Part shown: positions 31,194-40,610 of the stretch, piece after piece | Position numbering within the stretch: the first letter of the stretch is position 1 | Layout: every line of letters begins with the position of its first letter | Assembly (NCBI GenBank): GCA_033763455.1 | Contig: JANRKO010000020.1 | Span: 1 to 64,000 of the forward strand | DNA: 64,000 nt | Origin: Polyangiaceae bacterium | GTDB taxonomy: Bacteria; Myxococcota_A; Polyangia; Polyangiales; Polyangiaceae | Reading direction: 5' to 3' | Notes under the pieces: generated by a model | Seen by the model: the letters and a program-made list of their open reading frames with translations, nothing else | What the model was told of the DNA's origin: nothing | Databases searched by the model: none | Translations under genes and position numbers: made by a program

Positions 31194-32108
31194 TTGCCCC
31201 AACACGTAAACCCCGCGGACGAGCCCCCCTTCGACTACATCGGAGGCCTTCCGAAGTTTCCCTTCACCACCTTCCAAGTAGAAAACCACCCCCCCATCCC
31301 CGTCCATTCCCACGGAACTTATGCGGAGATAGTGATCGTTGTCGGCGGTCAAGGGCAGCACCTGGTGGGGGACGATGCTTTCGCTCTGAAGCGCGGTGAC
31401 GTTTTCGTGGTCCCCATTGGCATGCCGCACGGATACCTGCGGTGCCGCGATTTGGTGCTGATCAATATTTTGTACAATCCCAAAGTGCTCGCCGCCGTGG
31501 AACGTGAACTCGCCCACGTGCCAGGTTACAGCGCTCTTTTCCGGTTTGAACCCAAGCTGCGCGCGCGCCACGCGTTCCAGAGCCACCTAGCCATCACCGA
31601 TGATGCGTTGGAGGAATTCGAGGAGCCCCTTCGGAGGATACGAAAGGAGCTTCGCAACCAGAGCCCAGGTTACGAGGCGGTGGTAAAGTCCGTATTTGCG
31701 AGCATTTTGGTCGAGTTAGCGCGCCACTATGGTTCCATGACGGCGCCATTGTCGAAAGATCTGGTTCGCCTTTCACCGCTCCTTGATTGGCTCGAAGAGA
31801 ATTTTGCGCAGACGATTTTGGTGGAAACGCTGGCCGAACGGGCACACATGTCACGGAGCACGCTCGAGCGCTTGTTTACGAAGTGCTTTGGCACCTCTCC
31901 GCTCAACTACGTCATTGAGCTCAGGCTCAGCAAAGCAGAGGCTTTACTCACAGAGACCGAGCTTTCGGTGTCTGAAGTTGCAGCCGCCGTGGGCATCGAC
32001 AACCCTCGCTATCTGAGCCGCCTTTTTCGGCAACACCTGGGCTTGCCGCCTTTGGCATTCAGGCAACAGGCGCGGCGGGGCGCCCCCCCTCCGAGCCGGC
32101 GTTCGTGA
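31194..32108 (+). CDS. AraC-family regulator with a cupin sensor (RhaR/RhaS-like)
   Basis: HSH..EIVIV..G.G.H, GDVFVVP..H, C-terminal double HTH. Confidence 0.9.
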   Translation: MPQHVNPADEPPFDYIGGLPKFPFTTFQVENHPPIPVHSHGTYAEIVIVVGGQGQHLVGDDAFALKRGDVFVVPIGMPHGYLRCRDLVLINILYNPKVLAAVERELAHVPGYSALFRFEPKLRARHAFQSHLAITDDALEEFEEPLRRIRKELRNQSPGYEAVVKSVFASILVELARHYGSMTAPLSKDLVRLSPLLDWLEENFAQTILVETLAERAHMSRSTLERLFTKCFGTSPLNYVIELRLSKAEALLTETELSVSEVAAAVGIDNPRYLSRLFRQHLGLPPLAFRQQARRGAPPPSRRS

Positions 32109-32141
32109 ACGAGTGCGCACCCCCCAATGGCAAGCAAGCGG

Positions 32142-34259
32142 TCAACGCAGATCGGACACGCAGCCTGGGGAACACCCATCCCCAGCGGCCTTGTTCCCGT
32201 CGTCACACTGTTCCTGGCCGTTGATCTTGCCGTCGCCGCAATATTCGCCAGCCCGACACTCGGGTGCACACTTACCGTAGCCGCCAACGTTCGCACCGTC
32301 GTCGCACGCTTCACCAAATACACTATCGACAACGCCGTCTCCACAAAAGCCTGGCTTCTTGCAGTCGGGTGCACAGCCACCGGCCGTAGCCGATGCCGCG
32401 TGGCTGGTGAGATTCAAGCCATCATCACAGGCCTCGCCCGCTGCAGCCTGCACAACGCCATCGCCGCAACGCGGACCAAGCGTACAGTCCATATTGCAGC
32501 CGCCGTAGGAGCCGTCGTTCGCACCCTTATCACAGGCTTCATTCGAGGCCACAACTCCGTCGCCACAGGTGGATTTGCACACGGAGCGGCCGTTTAAGAA
32601 GTTCTGAATAGTGAGCTTGTAGCCGGACTTATTGGTGTGGCGTTCCGCCTGAAAAACGGCAACTTCGTACACTTTGCCAACTTCGAGATTCATGCCGGCG
32701 GGGCCAATGTCTGGAAAACCCATGCTCGCAGGATAACCGTCAGGGTGAATGCCCGCGCCCGTAGCGCCGACCCCTGGTGGCCCTAATAAGATCCAGCGCT
32801 CCTCAGCCGGGTGTAGACCCGGAAGCGCGACAGCCAGGCGGCCGTTGATGAACACCCACACGTCATCATCACCGTAAAAGGTGAGCTTTTCCCCACCCCG
32901 ATAGGTGAACCAATAGCGCAGTTCACTAGTGAACCCGAAGTTGTGCGGGCCGTCGTCACCCTCACGCGGGAACTCCATGAAAGCATTCGGATCGTTGAAG
33001 CCTCGCCCATCAAGCGGGAAAAACGTGGGATCTTCGAACTGGAAGGTGTCCGCCATATTAGCGACGGGCGTCATCACCAAAGTGTCCGCGACCGTGCGGT
33101 TGATGGTGTTGTCGCTGCGGTACCACTGCGCAAAAGATGCTGCGCTCTGCAGGCAGGACTTGGTCCCGCCCGCGGCCAGCTTGGGCTTCCCCTGCGGATC
33201 GAGGACATTCTCGACGACCTGCTGACAACCATCGTTCACGATGGCGTCATTCTCAAAGTCCGGGTGCCGCGGCCCAGTGTCTTCGTTGGAATCATCCGTG
33301 CCAACAAAATCCCGGTATACCACTGGCAATACCGGCGGATCTTTAGTGACGGTGCAGGTAAAGCCTGCCTCTATCTTGCAGGCAGATGAGCACCCGTCGA
33401 AATTCCGGGCGTTGCCGTCATCGCACTCTTCGCTATCGAGCTTCAAGCCATCGCCGCATTTGGCCTGGCACGCTCCATTCACACATACAGGCTCGCTGCG
33501 ACAGAACGGCGAACAACCATCCCCGGTATTGAAATTCTGATCGTCGCATTGCTCGCCGCCTTCCGCCTTGCCATCCCCACAAACCGTGGGAGCGCAGGGC
33601 GCGCCGGGAACATCACACTTGAACTTAGGCTCAAGGGTACAAGTAGCTGAGCAGCCATCCCCTGCCGTTGGATTGCCATCATCACACTCCTCGGAGCCTG
33701 CAATCTTGCTGTCGCCACACTGCGCCGCCACACAGTGGGCACCCACAGCTGGACATTTATATCCGGCCTCGATTAAACACTTTGCATCGCAACCGTCCCC
33801 CGCCGCAGCATTGCCGTCATCGCAAGTTTCGGTCCCCGTGATCTTTGAATCCCCACACGTTACGGTCGAAACACACGCCATACCCGGCGTGACGCAGGCA
33901 AAATCTTTATCAACGGCGTCGCAGTTAGCGCCGCAGCCATCCCCCAATTGCGCGTTTCCGTCGTCACACTTTTCCCCCGGATCAAGCACAGAATCCCCGC
34001 ATGCCGGCATCTTCTCCATGCACATGGCGGCGCCACAGCTAGCTGCGCCACCGGCCACCATCCCACCGCCCTTGGTCGGATCAATCATACCGACAGGAGC
34101 ATCACCGCCGGTGCCTTCATTAGCTACCGGCCCAGAACCTGAAGCGCCGATAATCTTGGCCTCCCCGTGAGTAGTACTACCCCCGGAGGAACACGCTTGC
34201 GCTACCGCAATGCTTACAAACACAATGCCTACAAGGCCCGCAAGGAAGCTTGATTTCAT
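32142..34259 (-). CDS. Fibro-slime domain lipoprotein with myxobacterial Cys-rich (DUF4215-type) repeats
   Basis: Repeated CGDG...E.CDDGN...GDGC; YRDF, HPDFE, F.QWY, HNFGFTSE, GDDDVWVFING, FQAERH. Confidence 0.9.
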   Translation of the reverse strand: MKSSFLAGLVGIVFVSIAVAQACSSGGSTTHGEAKIIGASGSGPVANEGTGGDAPVGMIDPTKGGGMVAGGAASCGAAMCMEKMPACGDSVLDPGEKCDDGNAQLGDGCGANCDAVDKDFACVTPGMACVSTVTCGDSKITGTETCDDGNAAAGDGCDAKCLIEAGYKCPAVGAHCVAAQCGDSKIAGSEECDDGNPTAGDGCSATCTLEPKFKCDVPGAPCAPTVCGDGKAEGGEQCDDQNFNTGDGCSPFCRSEPVCVNGACQAKCGDGLKLDSEECDDGNARNFDGCSSACKIEAGFTCTVTKDPPVLPVVYRDFVGTDDSNEDTGPRHPDFENDAIVNDGCQQVVENVLDPQGKPKLAAGGTKSCLQSAASFAQWYRSDNTINRTVADTLVMTPVANMADTFQFEDPTFFPLDGRGFNDPNAFMEFPREGDDGPHNFGFTSELRYWFTYRGGEKLTFYGDDDVWVFINGRLAVALPGLHPAEERWILLGPPGVGATGAGIHPDGYPASMGFPDIGPAGMNLEVGKVYEVAVFQAERHTNKSGYKLTIQNFLNGRSVCKSTCGDGVVASNEACDKGANDGSYGGCNMDCTLGPRCGDGVVQAAAGEACDDGLNLTSHAASATAGGCAPDCKKPGFCGDGVVDSVFGEACDDGANVGGYGKCAPECRAGEYCGDGKINGQEQCDDGNKAAGDGCSPGCVSDLR

Positions 34260-34641
34260 AAGAGTTCCAGTGAGGGGTGGAGCTTAACATGTTGACGACA
34301 TTTTTGGCCGTCCATGAATTCGAATTCGGGCATGTTTGCCACGAGCTTTCAGTGCAAAAGTGCAAGATGAATCCGACTCTGTGCGTGTGAGTGAGCGGTG
34401 TGCGATAAGGACTTTTCCGTCAAACTCAGCGCCGGGGAGAAGCTGGCTGCATGATCCACGTGTCGCGTTTCCACGAGCAAGAGCCCACCCAGCAGGCCGG
34501 TCCCAAGGGAGATCGGACCCCAGCGGCCCGTACGATCCGCTCGCAAGGACGCAATTTTTGACAGAACCCTAGGGTCCCCGGCAGAGTTGGCCCAGCGCTT
34601 GCTTCAACCCTTCACCTTCCCTTCATTAATTCGAGGAACTC

Positions 34642-35532
34642 ATGAATCATACTTTTCTTAAATTCACCGCCTTCGCTTTGCTCGCATCCGCGGGAGTGGC
34701 TTTAAGTGCCTGCACCGAAGAAGCCGCGGATTCCACGGACATCAAGACAAGCGGCATTCACGCCGTGTTCTCGGCTGTGGCCAAGGGCGATGGCAGTACG
34801 GTTGTCACCGGCGACCTTCACGTGGCGAGCTCTTCGGGTACACCACTTGAGCTCAAAGGTTCGGACGAATTGATGGCGAAGGTTGCTGCTGAATCGAAGA
34901 GACTTAGCGGCACGAACACGCAAGGTAGGTACCAAGGTTCCTTTGGTACGGACGCCGCCGACACCGTGATCGTCGTGGATTTCAATCGCGCCCCCGAAGA
35001 CGTGAGCGCCCCTGGCTCCACCGTTACTTTGCCCGCCCCCTTCACGCTTTCGCTCGATGGCTTGAGCAGTGGCGCCTCCATCCAACGCGGCACAGACGTG
35101 AACCTAAAGATGGAGCCTGCTGGGGCCTCCGGTGCAAAGGTAAATTGGTCTGTTTCCGGGACTTGCCTTTTTGACAAGGGTGGCACTGCGGGCGACGACG
35201 GAACGATCATGATCCCAGCATCCAGCATCGATCTGACGCTTTCCGGCGAAGGGAAGACGTGCGAAGTTACCGTCACCGTGGAGCGAGTGAACGGCGGCAT
35301 CTTAGCCACTCAGTTTAAGGAAGGTGGCTCGGTTACCGCTAAACAGATCCGCAGCGTGACCTTCAATTCCACTCCGGCACCCGGCGAGGTGATGCAGCCA
35401 GGAACGGGCGGCAGCACTGGTGCAGGCGGCGCCTCGAGCGCAGGCGGCGCCTCGAGCACTGGGGGAGCCAACAGTGGCGGAAGCCCCAGCACTGGCGGCG
35501 CCAACAACGGTGGAGCGGCAGGCGCTCAGTAA
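34642..35532 (+). CDS. Lipoprotein with a Gly-rich C-terminal tail
   Basis: GAGGA ribosome site, lipobox LSAC. Confidence 0.75.
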   Translation: MNHTFLKFTAFALLASAGVALSACTEEAADSTDIKTSGIHAVFSAVAKGDGSTVVTGDLHVASSSGTPLELKGSDELMAKVAAESKRLSGTNTQGRYQGSFGTDAADTVIVVDFNRAPEDVSAPGSTVTLPAPFTLSLDGLSSGASIQRGTDVNLKMEPAGASGAKVNWSVSGTCLFDKGGTAGDDGTIMIPASSIDLTLSGEGKTCEVTVTVERVNGGILATQFKEGGSVTAKQIRSVTFNSTPAPGEVMQPGTGGSTGAGGASSAGGASSTGGANSGGSPSTGGANNGGAAGAQ

Positions 35533-35554
35533 GTCGGTGGGGGTTAGTAACAGA

Positions 35555-35579
35555 GCCCTCCAGTGCAGTGCTGGAGGGC
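35555..35579. terminator. Hairpin between convergent genes
   Basis: GCCCTCCAG-N7-CTGGAGGGC. Confidence 0.55.
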
Positions 35580-35596
35580 CGGGGCTCCCCCGAAGC

Positions 35597-35962
35597 TTAG
35601 CCCCCTAAGAGTGGCTTCAGCGCAGTCTCAAAGGCTTCTACGGTGAAAGGCTTAGCAATCAGGAACTTAGCGCCGGTACTGGCAGCCTGCTGCCGCATTT
35701 CAACGGTGCCTTCCGAAGTAACAAACCCGAACGGCACGTTGATGGCCCGATCCCGCAGGGCTTCCAGCAGCTGAATGCCGCTCATGTTGGGCATATTCCA
35801 GTCGCAGAGCACAAGATCAGGCTTTTTCTCTTCTATCGCTTTGAGGCCCTCGACGCCGTCGCCCGCCTCACGCACATCGTGATCTCCGAAGCCAGCTTGG
35901 CGCAACGTCTTTCGCACGATCATCCGCATCGCCTTGCTGTCATCAATTATCAAGATATCCAT
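35597..35962 (-). CDS. cheY: CheY-like response regulator (copy 1)
   Basis: IIDDS, CDWNMP, VTSE, AKPF; start at MDIL by comparison with its paralog. Confidence 0.88.
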   Translation of the reverse strand: MDILIIDDSKAMRMIVRKTLRQAGFGDHDVREAGDGVEGLKAIEEKKPDLVLCDWNMPNMSGIQLLEALRDRAINVPFGFVTSEGTVEMRQQAASTGAKFLIAKPFTVEAFETALKPLLGG

Positions 35963-35994
35963 ATGCCTAAACCGAGAGAGTGTTCCTTTTAACC

Positions 35995-36021
35995 TCAACG
36001 GTCGGGGCCGGGATATCTTTA
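35995..36021 (-). promoter_or_regulatory. Sigma-28-like promoter
   Basis: TAAA-N15-ACCGTTGA upstream of cheY copy 1. Confidence 0.45.
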
Positions 36022-36164
36022 GCCGCTAAGGGCGGGTTGTTCTGATCGGAAGCGGTCGCTATGCGCTGGTCACAAATCCACCACGAACGGATTCTACACT
36101 ACCTGGGCGCGCCTTAGCCCTGGTCCGGAGGCTCCCTGCCCTTAGGAAATACCCGAAATGATCC

Positions 36165-37310
36165 GTGAAAAGTGTTGGTGTATTGCATCCAATGAGGCAA
36201 CCGGCTGTGTCCTACGATCTGTTGGGTCAATCCAAGGTCAAGCGGTTAACCTACCGAGGCAGCAAATGGTGCCTTGAGGTCACGCGGCTCATTGGCAAGT
36301 CGGGCGTATACCACCCTGAGCTCGACTACCTGCGCAGCCCCCGCGCGATCCTTGGGTTCTTGGATACCTATGCGAGCCGTGAGCTCGCCGCCGAAGCTCG
36401 GGTGCTCCTGGCGAAACCTCCTGCCAAAGACACGAGCTATGAGGCAGCCAGCGGTGTTTGGGTGGCCCACGGCACTGTCACCGATCCACCGCCGAGCCGA
36501 GGGCATCGCGGTGGGAGGGCTGCCCCCGAGATACAGGCGCTCAAGGAGGAGCTCGCTCGTGTGAGAGCCATGTGCAGCGAGCTGCGTTTGAACCTCACGC
36601 AACTCGAAGGTGAGGTTGCGCGACTGCGAAGCGGTGTCCGGCAACCAACAGCACAGCAGCCGCGGGTTGACGAAATCGCGCCCAGCGTCCGAATCCCGCA
36701 GACAGTTGGACGCCCACCGGCCTCCGTACGCGAGCCATTGATCGAACCCCAAGCGCCGAAGCCGGAGCCGCCGAACGTGGACGCAGGACCGGCTGCGCCG
36801 GCTGCACCGGTAGAAGCTGTGGAAGCGCCAGCTCCTGTTACCACCAAGGCACTCACGCTACCCTCCTCCGAAAAGTTGCTGAAGTGCATTTCCAAGCTGT
36901 TGGATCAACCGCTCACGGGTACCCCCATCAAAAAGCCGCCCGTTCCCTCGAGTGCCCCGGAAAATTGGTATATTTCCGTAGTGATCGACAATAGCGGCAC
37001 GGAGGTCGGCGCGCTCTTGGGTGACATCGAAGCTACGGTACGTTTGGGCGCAACGCTGATGATGCAACCCGCTGGTGTTATCCAAGAGCAGCTATCGGCT
37101 GGTACTCCGGACGAATCCTCGACGGAGTCGATGTCTGAGATATTTAACACGGCGAGCTCCACCTTCAACGAGGTGAAAGGGAACGCCCACTGCCGGATGC
37201 GGCCACTGCACGCTCTTAAGGATCTTGAGATCCCGTGGCTAGATCAAGCCCGCGCCCAAATGGCAATCCAACTGGGTGTAGGGGGCGTGCTGCTATGCCT
37301 GGGACGCTAG
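36165..37310 (+). CDS. Hypothetical protein: unknown N-domain, coiled coil, Pro-rich linker and CheX/CheC-like C-domain
   Basis: RLGATLMM...ESMSEIFNT carries an E-x-x-N motif; divergent from cheY. Confidence 0.55.
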   Translation: MKSVGVLHPMRQPAVSYDLLGQSKVKRLTYRGSKWCLEVTRLIGKSGVYHPELDYLRSPRAILGFLDTYASRELAAEARVLLAKPPAKDTSYEAASGVWVAHGTVTDPPPSRGHRGGRAAPEIQALKEELARVRAMCSELRLNLTQLEGEVARLRSGVRQPTAQQPRVDEIAPSVRIPQTVGRPPASVREPLIEPQAPKPEPPNVDAGPAAPAAPVEAVEAPAPVTTKALTLPSSEKLLKCISKLLDQPLTGTPIKKPPVPSSAPENWYISVVIDNSGTEVGALLGDIEATVRLGATLMMQPAGVIQEQLSAGTPDESSTESMSEIFNTASSTFNEVKGNAHCRMRPLHALKDLEIPWLDQARAQMAIQLGVGGVLLCLGR

Positions 37311-37329
37311 AACGTACGCTACGAGGGCT

Positions 37330-38370
37330 CTAGCTAGCGGCTCGACGCTTGAGCGCGAGGGTCGCTGAAAGAGCATTGGCATGCTTGCCCACAACCCGCC
37401 CCATGGCGTCAATGGGTGCGACATCTTTCACGATCCCTGCCCCAATCGCAGTGCGCGGCATGTACGGGTTGGCTGCAGTGTCTGGATCTTGAGCCAAGAC
37501 CACGCCGCCTGCAGCCGCTATCTGTGTGGCTCCACGCGTGCCATCTTGCCCCATGCCGGTGAGAATCACCGCCACCGAATAACGCCCAAATGCCTGAGCT
37601 ACACTTCGAAATAGAGGATCGGCAGCTGGCCTCACGAATTGCTCCTTGGGCGAAGCTTCCAGGTGAAGCGTGAGCTGTTGATCGACGATTAGATGGCAAT
37701 CCGAACACGCGAAGTAGACAGTGCCCGCTTCTGCCCTCATACCGGATTCGGCAAGAGCTAGCCGCAATTTGGCCTTGCGCTGGATTGACTCAACCAGTGT
37801 GCGATGCATCCAATCTGGCCCATGTTGCACCACGAAATAGACGCAATTTTCAGGAAGCGCGGAGTCCGGAAGGAAAGCCTGAAGCGCAACAGGGCCCCCG
37901 GCGCTGGAGGCTATGGCAACGGCCACAAAGGGGGGGATGATCTGGTTAACCTGCGACGCCAATGGGGCGGCCGCCAAGGGGTAACGAGTCAGGGCTTTCG
38001 CAGCCTGGGAGCACCGCTCGGCCGCGGCGGCGACACACGCACGAATCGCCGCAGGCGTGGCTGGCTTGGCCAGAAACTCATCCGCGCCGGACTGCATTGC
38101 GTGCTCCCGCGCGGGCTTCGAGGAAAGCAACGTGTGCATGATCACGAAGGGTGGCTTTCGCGCCGCCTCTCTAATGCGCCGGATGAGCTCAATGCCGTCC
38201 ATGCCTGGCATCATCCAATCCGTAACCAGGATATCAAATCCCTCAAGGCGGCACCGCTCCAACGCCTCCTTGCCGGAAGCGACCAGGGTTAGCTGCGGAA
38301 AAGTTGGCCTGAGCGCTGCATCTAACAGCAATCGGTGCATCTCGTCGTCGTCGACAACCAGGATCCGCAT
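37330..38370 (-). CDS. cheB: REC-CheB methylesterase (second, atypical CheB)
   Basis: REC (VVDDD, TDWMMP, AKP) plus SSAGGP, VQH, RPAADPLF, LTGMGQDG. Confidence 0.85.
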   Translation of the reverse strand: MRILVVDDDEMHRLLLDAALRPTFPQLTLVASGKEALERCRLEGFDILVTDWMMPGMDGIELIRRIREAARKPPFVIMHTLLSSKPAREHAMQSGADEFLAKPATPAAIRACVAAAAERCSQAAKALTRYPLAAAPLASQVNQIIPPFVAVAIASSAGGPVALQAFLPDSALPENCVYFVVQHGPDWMHRTLVESIQRKAKLRLALAESGMRAEAGTVYFACSDCHLIVDQQLTLHLEASPKEQFVRPAADPLFRSVAQAFGRYSVAVILTGMGQDGTRGATQIAAAGGVVLAQDPDTAANPYMPRTAIGAGIVKDVAPIDAMGRVVGKHANALSATLALKRRAAS

Positions 38371-38372
38371 GA

Positions 38373-40526
38373 TTACGCACTCCCTTTCTGTGCCTGAACG
38401 CGGGAGAGGTACGCTGCCAACTCCGAAAGCCTCGCTGCGACCACCGCTTCATCCTTCAATACGGCGCTGTCTTCCAGTTCGCCACCCAACTCCGTAAGCT
38501 CAGCAAACCCGAACGAAGTGCCACTGCCTCGCAGCCCATGCGCGTGACGGCGGAGCGTCTCGAAATCACCAGCCATAAGTGCATCATTCATTTCTACGGC
38601 GCGCTGATTGCAGAGCTCAAGGTAATGCGGCACCAATTGCTCGATCTCTGCTTCCACCGCGCGTTCACGAGCCACCTCTGGCGGTGAGTGCTGATCTACT
38701 TTCTGGCGTGGGAGCTCAGGCTCGGTAGGCCCTGAAAACTGATGAATCACCGCAATTAGACTCGCCCTTTTCACTGGCTTGGCCAGATGCGCGTCACAGC
38801 CGGCATCCAAGCACCGCTCCATCTCCTCACGCATTGCGTGTGCGGTTACCGCAACGATCGGAACCGGGGCTCGCCCCTCAGAGACTTCGGCCTGACGGAT
38901 CAGACGTGTTGCCTCATATCCGTCCATTCCGGGCATTTGGATGTCCATCAGGACGAGGTCGATCCCACCGGCCCGGCAACGCTCAACTGCTGCTCGCCCG
39001 CTGTCCGCACACTCAAGCGCCCAGGGCATGCCGTCCAGGAGTGCCACTATTAGGTCGCGATTGATCGCAATGTCATCTACCACCAAGATCCGAAGCCCGG
39101 CGGCTGCAGCTTTCTGGCCCAGCAACGCACTTCCCTGAGCGCCTAGCGGTCGCCCGCTCGGGTACTGGGGTTGGCGGCTATGACGCTGCGGCTGCCCGCT
39201 GTGGCGGTGCGTGCGTTTACTCGCTGGTAGTTCAGCGTCGGCTTCAGCAACATCCGCCGGCAAACGTGCAGTGAAGGTGAAGGTGGTGCCCACCGAAAGA
39301 GTGCTTTCGAGATGGATCCTCCCCCCCATAAGCTCCACCAGGGCCCGGCAAATGGTAAGGCCGAGCCCTGTCCCACCGTAACGGCGGGTTATAGAATTAT
39401 CTGCCTGCGTGAAAGTAGCAAACACCGCTTCGAAGCGATCAGGCGCAATACCGACGCCGGTGTCCTTAATCGAGAACACAAGTGTATCAGGCACTCTCTC
39501 GCTCACCCCAACAGTGACAACAATCTGACCTTTGGAGGTAAACTTAAAGGCATTATCGATCAAATTGATGAGAACTTGCCGAAGCCGCGCCGGATCTCCC
39601 CGTACCAGGCGAGGCACATTGGGCGCGATATCTAAAATGAGCTCGACTCCCGTAGCTTCGGTGCGCACTGACATGAGCCCCGAAAGCCCATCGAGCAGCA
39701 AATGGATCGAGATAACGGCATCTTCAAGCTCGATCTTCCCAGCCTCGATCTTAGCAAGATCAAGAATATCGTTGATGATAGCCAGCAGGTGCTCACCCGC
39801 CGTACGCATCGTGTTCACGTAATTCTGCTGTGTGGGCGTCAAAGGCGTAAGCCCGAGCAATTCTCCCATGCCGATGATGGCATTCATGGGCGTGCGAATT
39901 TCGTGACTCATATTGGCAAGAAACTCGGATTTGGCTTGATTGGCTCGCTCAGCGATGGTGATGGCGGCAAGCAGATTCTCTTCAATTTCTTTCCTTTGGG
40001 TAATGTCCGAGTGGGTCCCCACCACCCGACTAGGCTTACCCTCTAAATCGCGGCTCATTACAAGGCCCCGATCCAGGACCCATTTGTAACTTCCATCTCT
40101 ACAGAGAACCCGATGCTCGTTCGAGTAAAATGGAGTTTTTCCTTCGAGGTGTGCCTGCAGATCGTCCATCACACGCGGCATATCTTCGGGATGCACGCGG
40201 GTTGACCATTCCTCTAAGCCCTCGCCAACCTCATGCTCCTCGTACCCCAGCATGGCCTTCCACTGTTTTGAGAAGAACACCCTATTCTCTAGGACAATCC
40301 AATCCCAAACGCCGTCACCTGCGCCTTCGATAGCAAAGCGCCACCGTTCATCGCTAGTACGCAGCTTCTCGTCGTAACGTGCCTGGGTATTGGCCAACTC
40401 TGCCAATAGCTCCTGATTGCGAACTTCTAGCGCTCGCACGTCCCTCTGCAACGTTCGCACCTGGTGTTCAAGATCTTGAGAGGGAGTGAGTCTGTTCGCT
40501 GCCGATGGGGGTGAACTCGGGGGCAT
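38373..40526 (-). CDS. Cytoplasmic PAS hybrid histidine kinase (PAS-HisKA-HATPase-REC-Hpt)
   Basis: DGVWDW..RVHPED..DGSYKW..DIT, SHEIRTP, GGTGLGL, MDIQMP, AHGLRG. Confidence 0.93.
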   Translation of the reverse strand: MPPSSPPSAANRLTPSQDLEHQVRTLQRDVRALEVRNQELLAELANTQARYDEKLRTSDERWRFAIEGAGDGVWDWIVLENRVFFSKQWKAMLGYEEHEVGEGLEEWSTRVHPEDMPRVMDDLQAHLEGKTPFYSNEHRVLCRDGSYKWVLDRGLVMSRDLEGKPSRVVGTHSDITQRKEIEENLLAAITIAERANQAKSEFLANMSHEIRTPMNAIIGMGELLGLTPLTPTQQNYVNTMRTAGEHLLAIINDILDLAKIEAGKIELEDAVISIHLLLDGLSGLMSVRTEATGVELILDIAPNVPRLVRGDPARLRQVLINLIDNAFKFTSKGQIVVTVGVSERVPDTLVFSIKDTGVGIAPDRFEAVFATFTQADNSITRRYGGTGLGLTICRALVELMGGRIHLESTLSVGTTFTFTARLPADVAEADAELPASKRTHRHSGQPQRHSRQPQYPSGRPLGAQGSALLGQKAAAAGLRILVVDDIAINRDLIVALLDGMPWALECADSGRAAVERCRAGGIDLVLMDIQMPGMDGYEATRLIRQAEVSEGRAPVPIVAVTAHAMREEMERCLDAGCDAHLAKPVKRASLIAVIHQFSGPTEPELPRQKVDQHSPPEVARERAVEAEIEQLVPHYLELCNQRAVEMNDALMAGDFETLRRHAHGLRGSGTSFGFAELTELGGELEDSAVLKDEAVVAARLSELAAYLSRVQAQKGSA

Positions 40527-40610
40527 GGTTGGTAGCTCTCCACTTCCCTACGGGCTCTCTGGGCCGTTTCGATAGGTCACTTGAGCAAGAGTGCGTGGGA
40601 TAATGTGCGT

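Noticed and set aside
35400..35530. GC-rich short repeats (GCAGGCGGCGCCTCGAGC) as DNA elements
   Set aside because: They encode Gly/Ser/Ala linkers typical of myxobacterial lipoproteins; the same applies to 27190-27440
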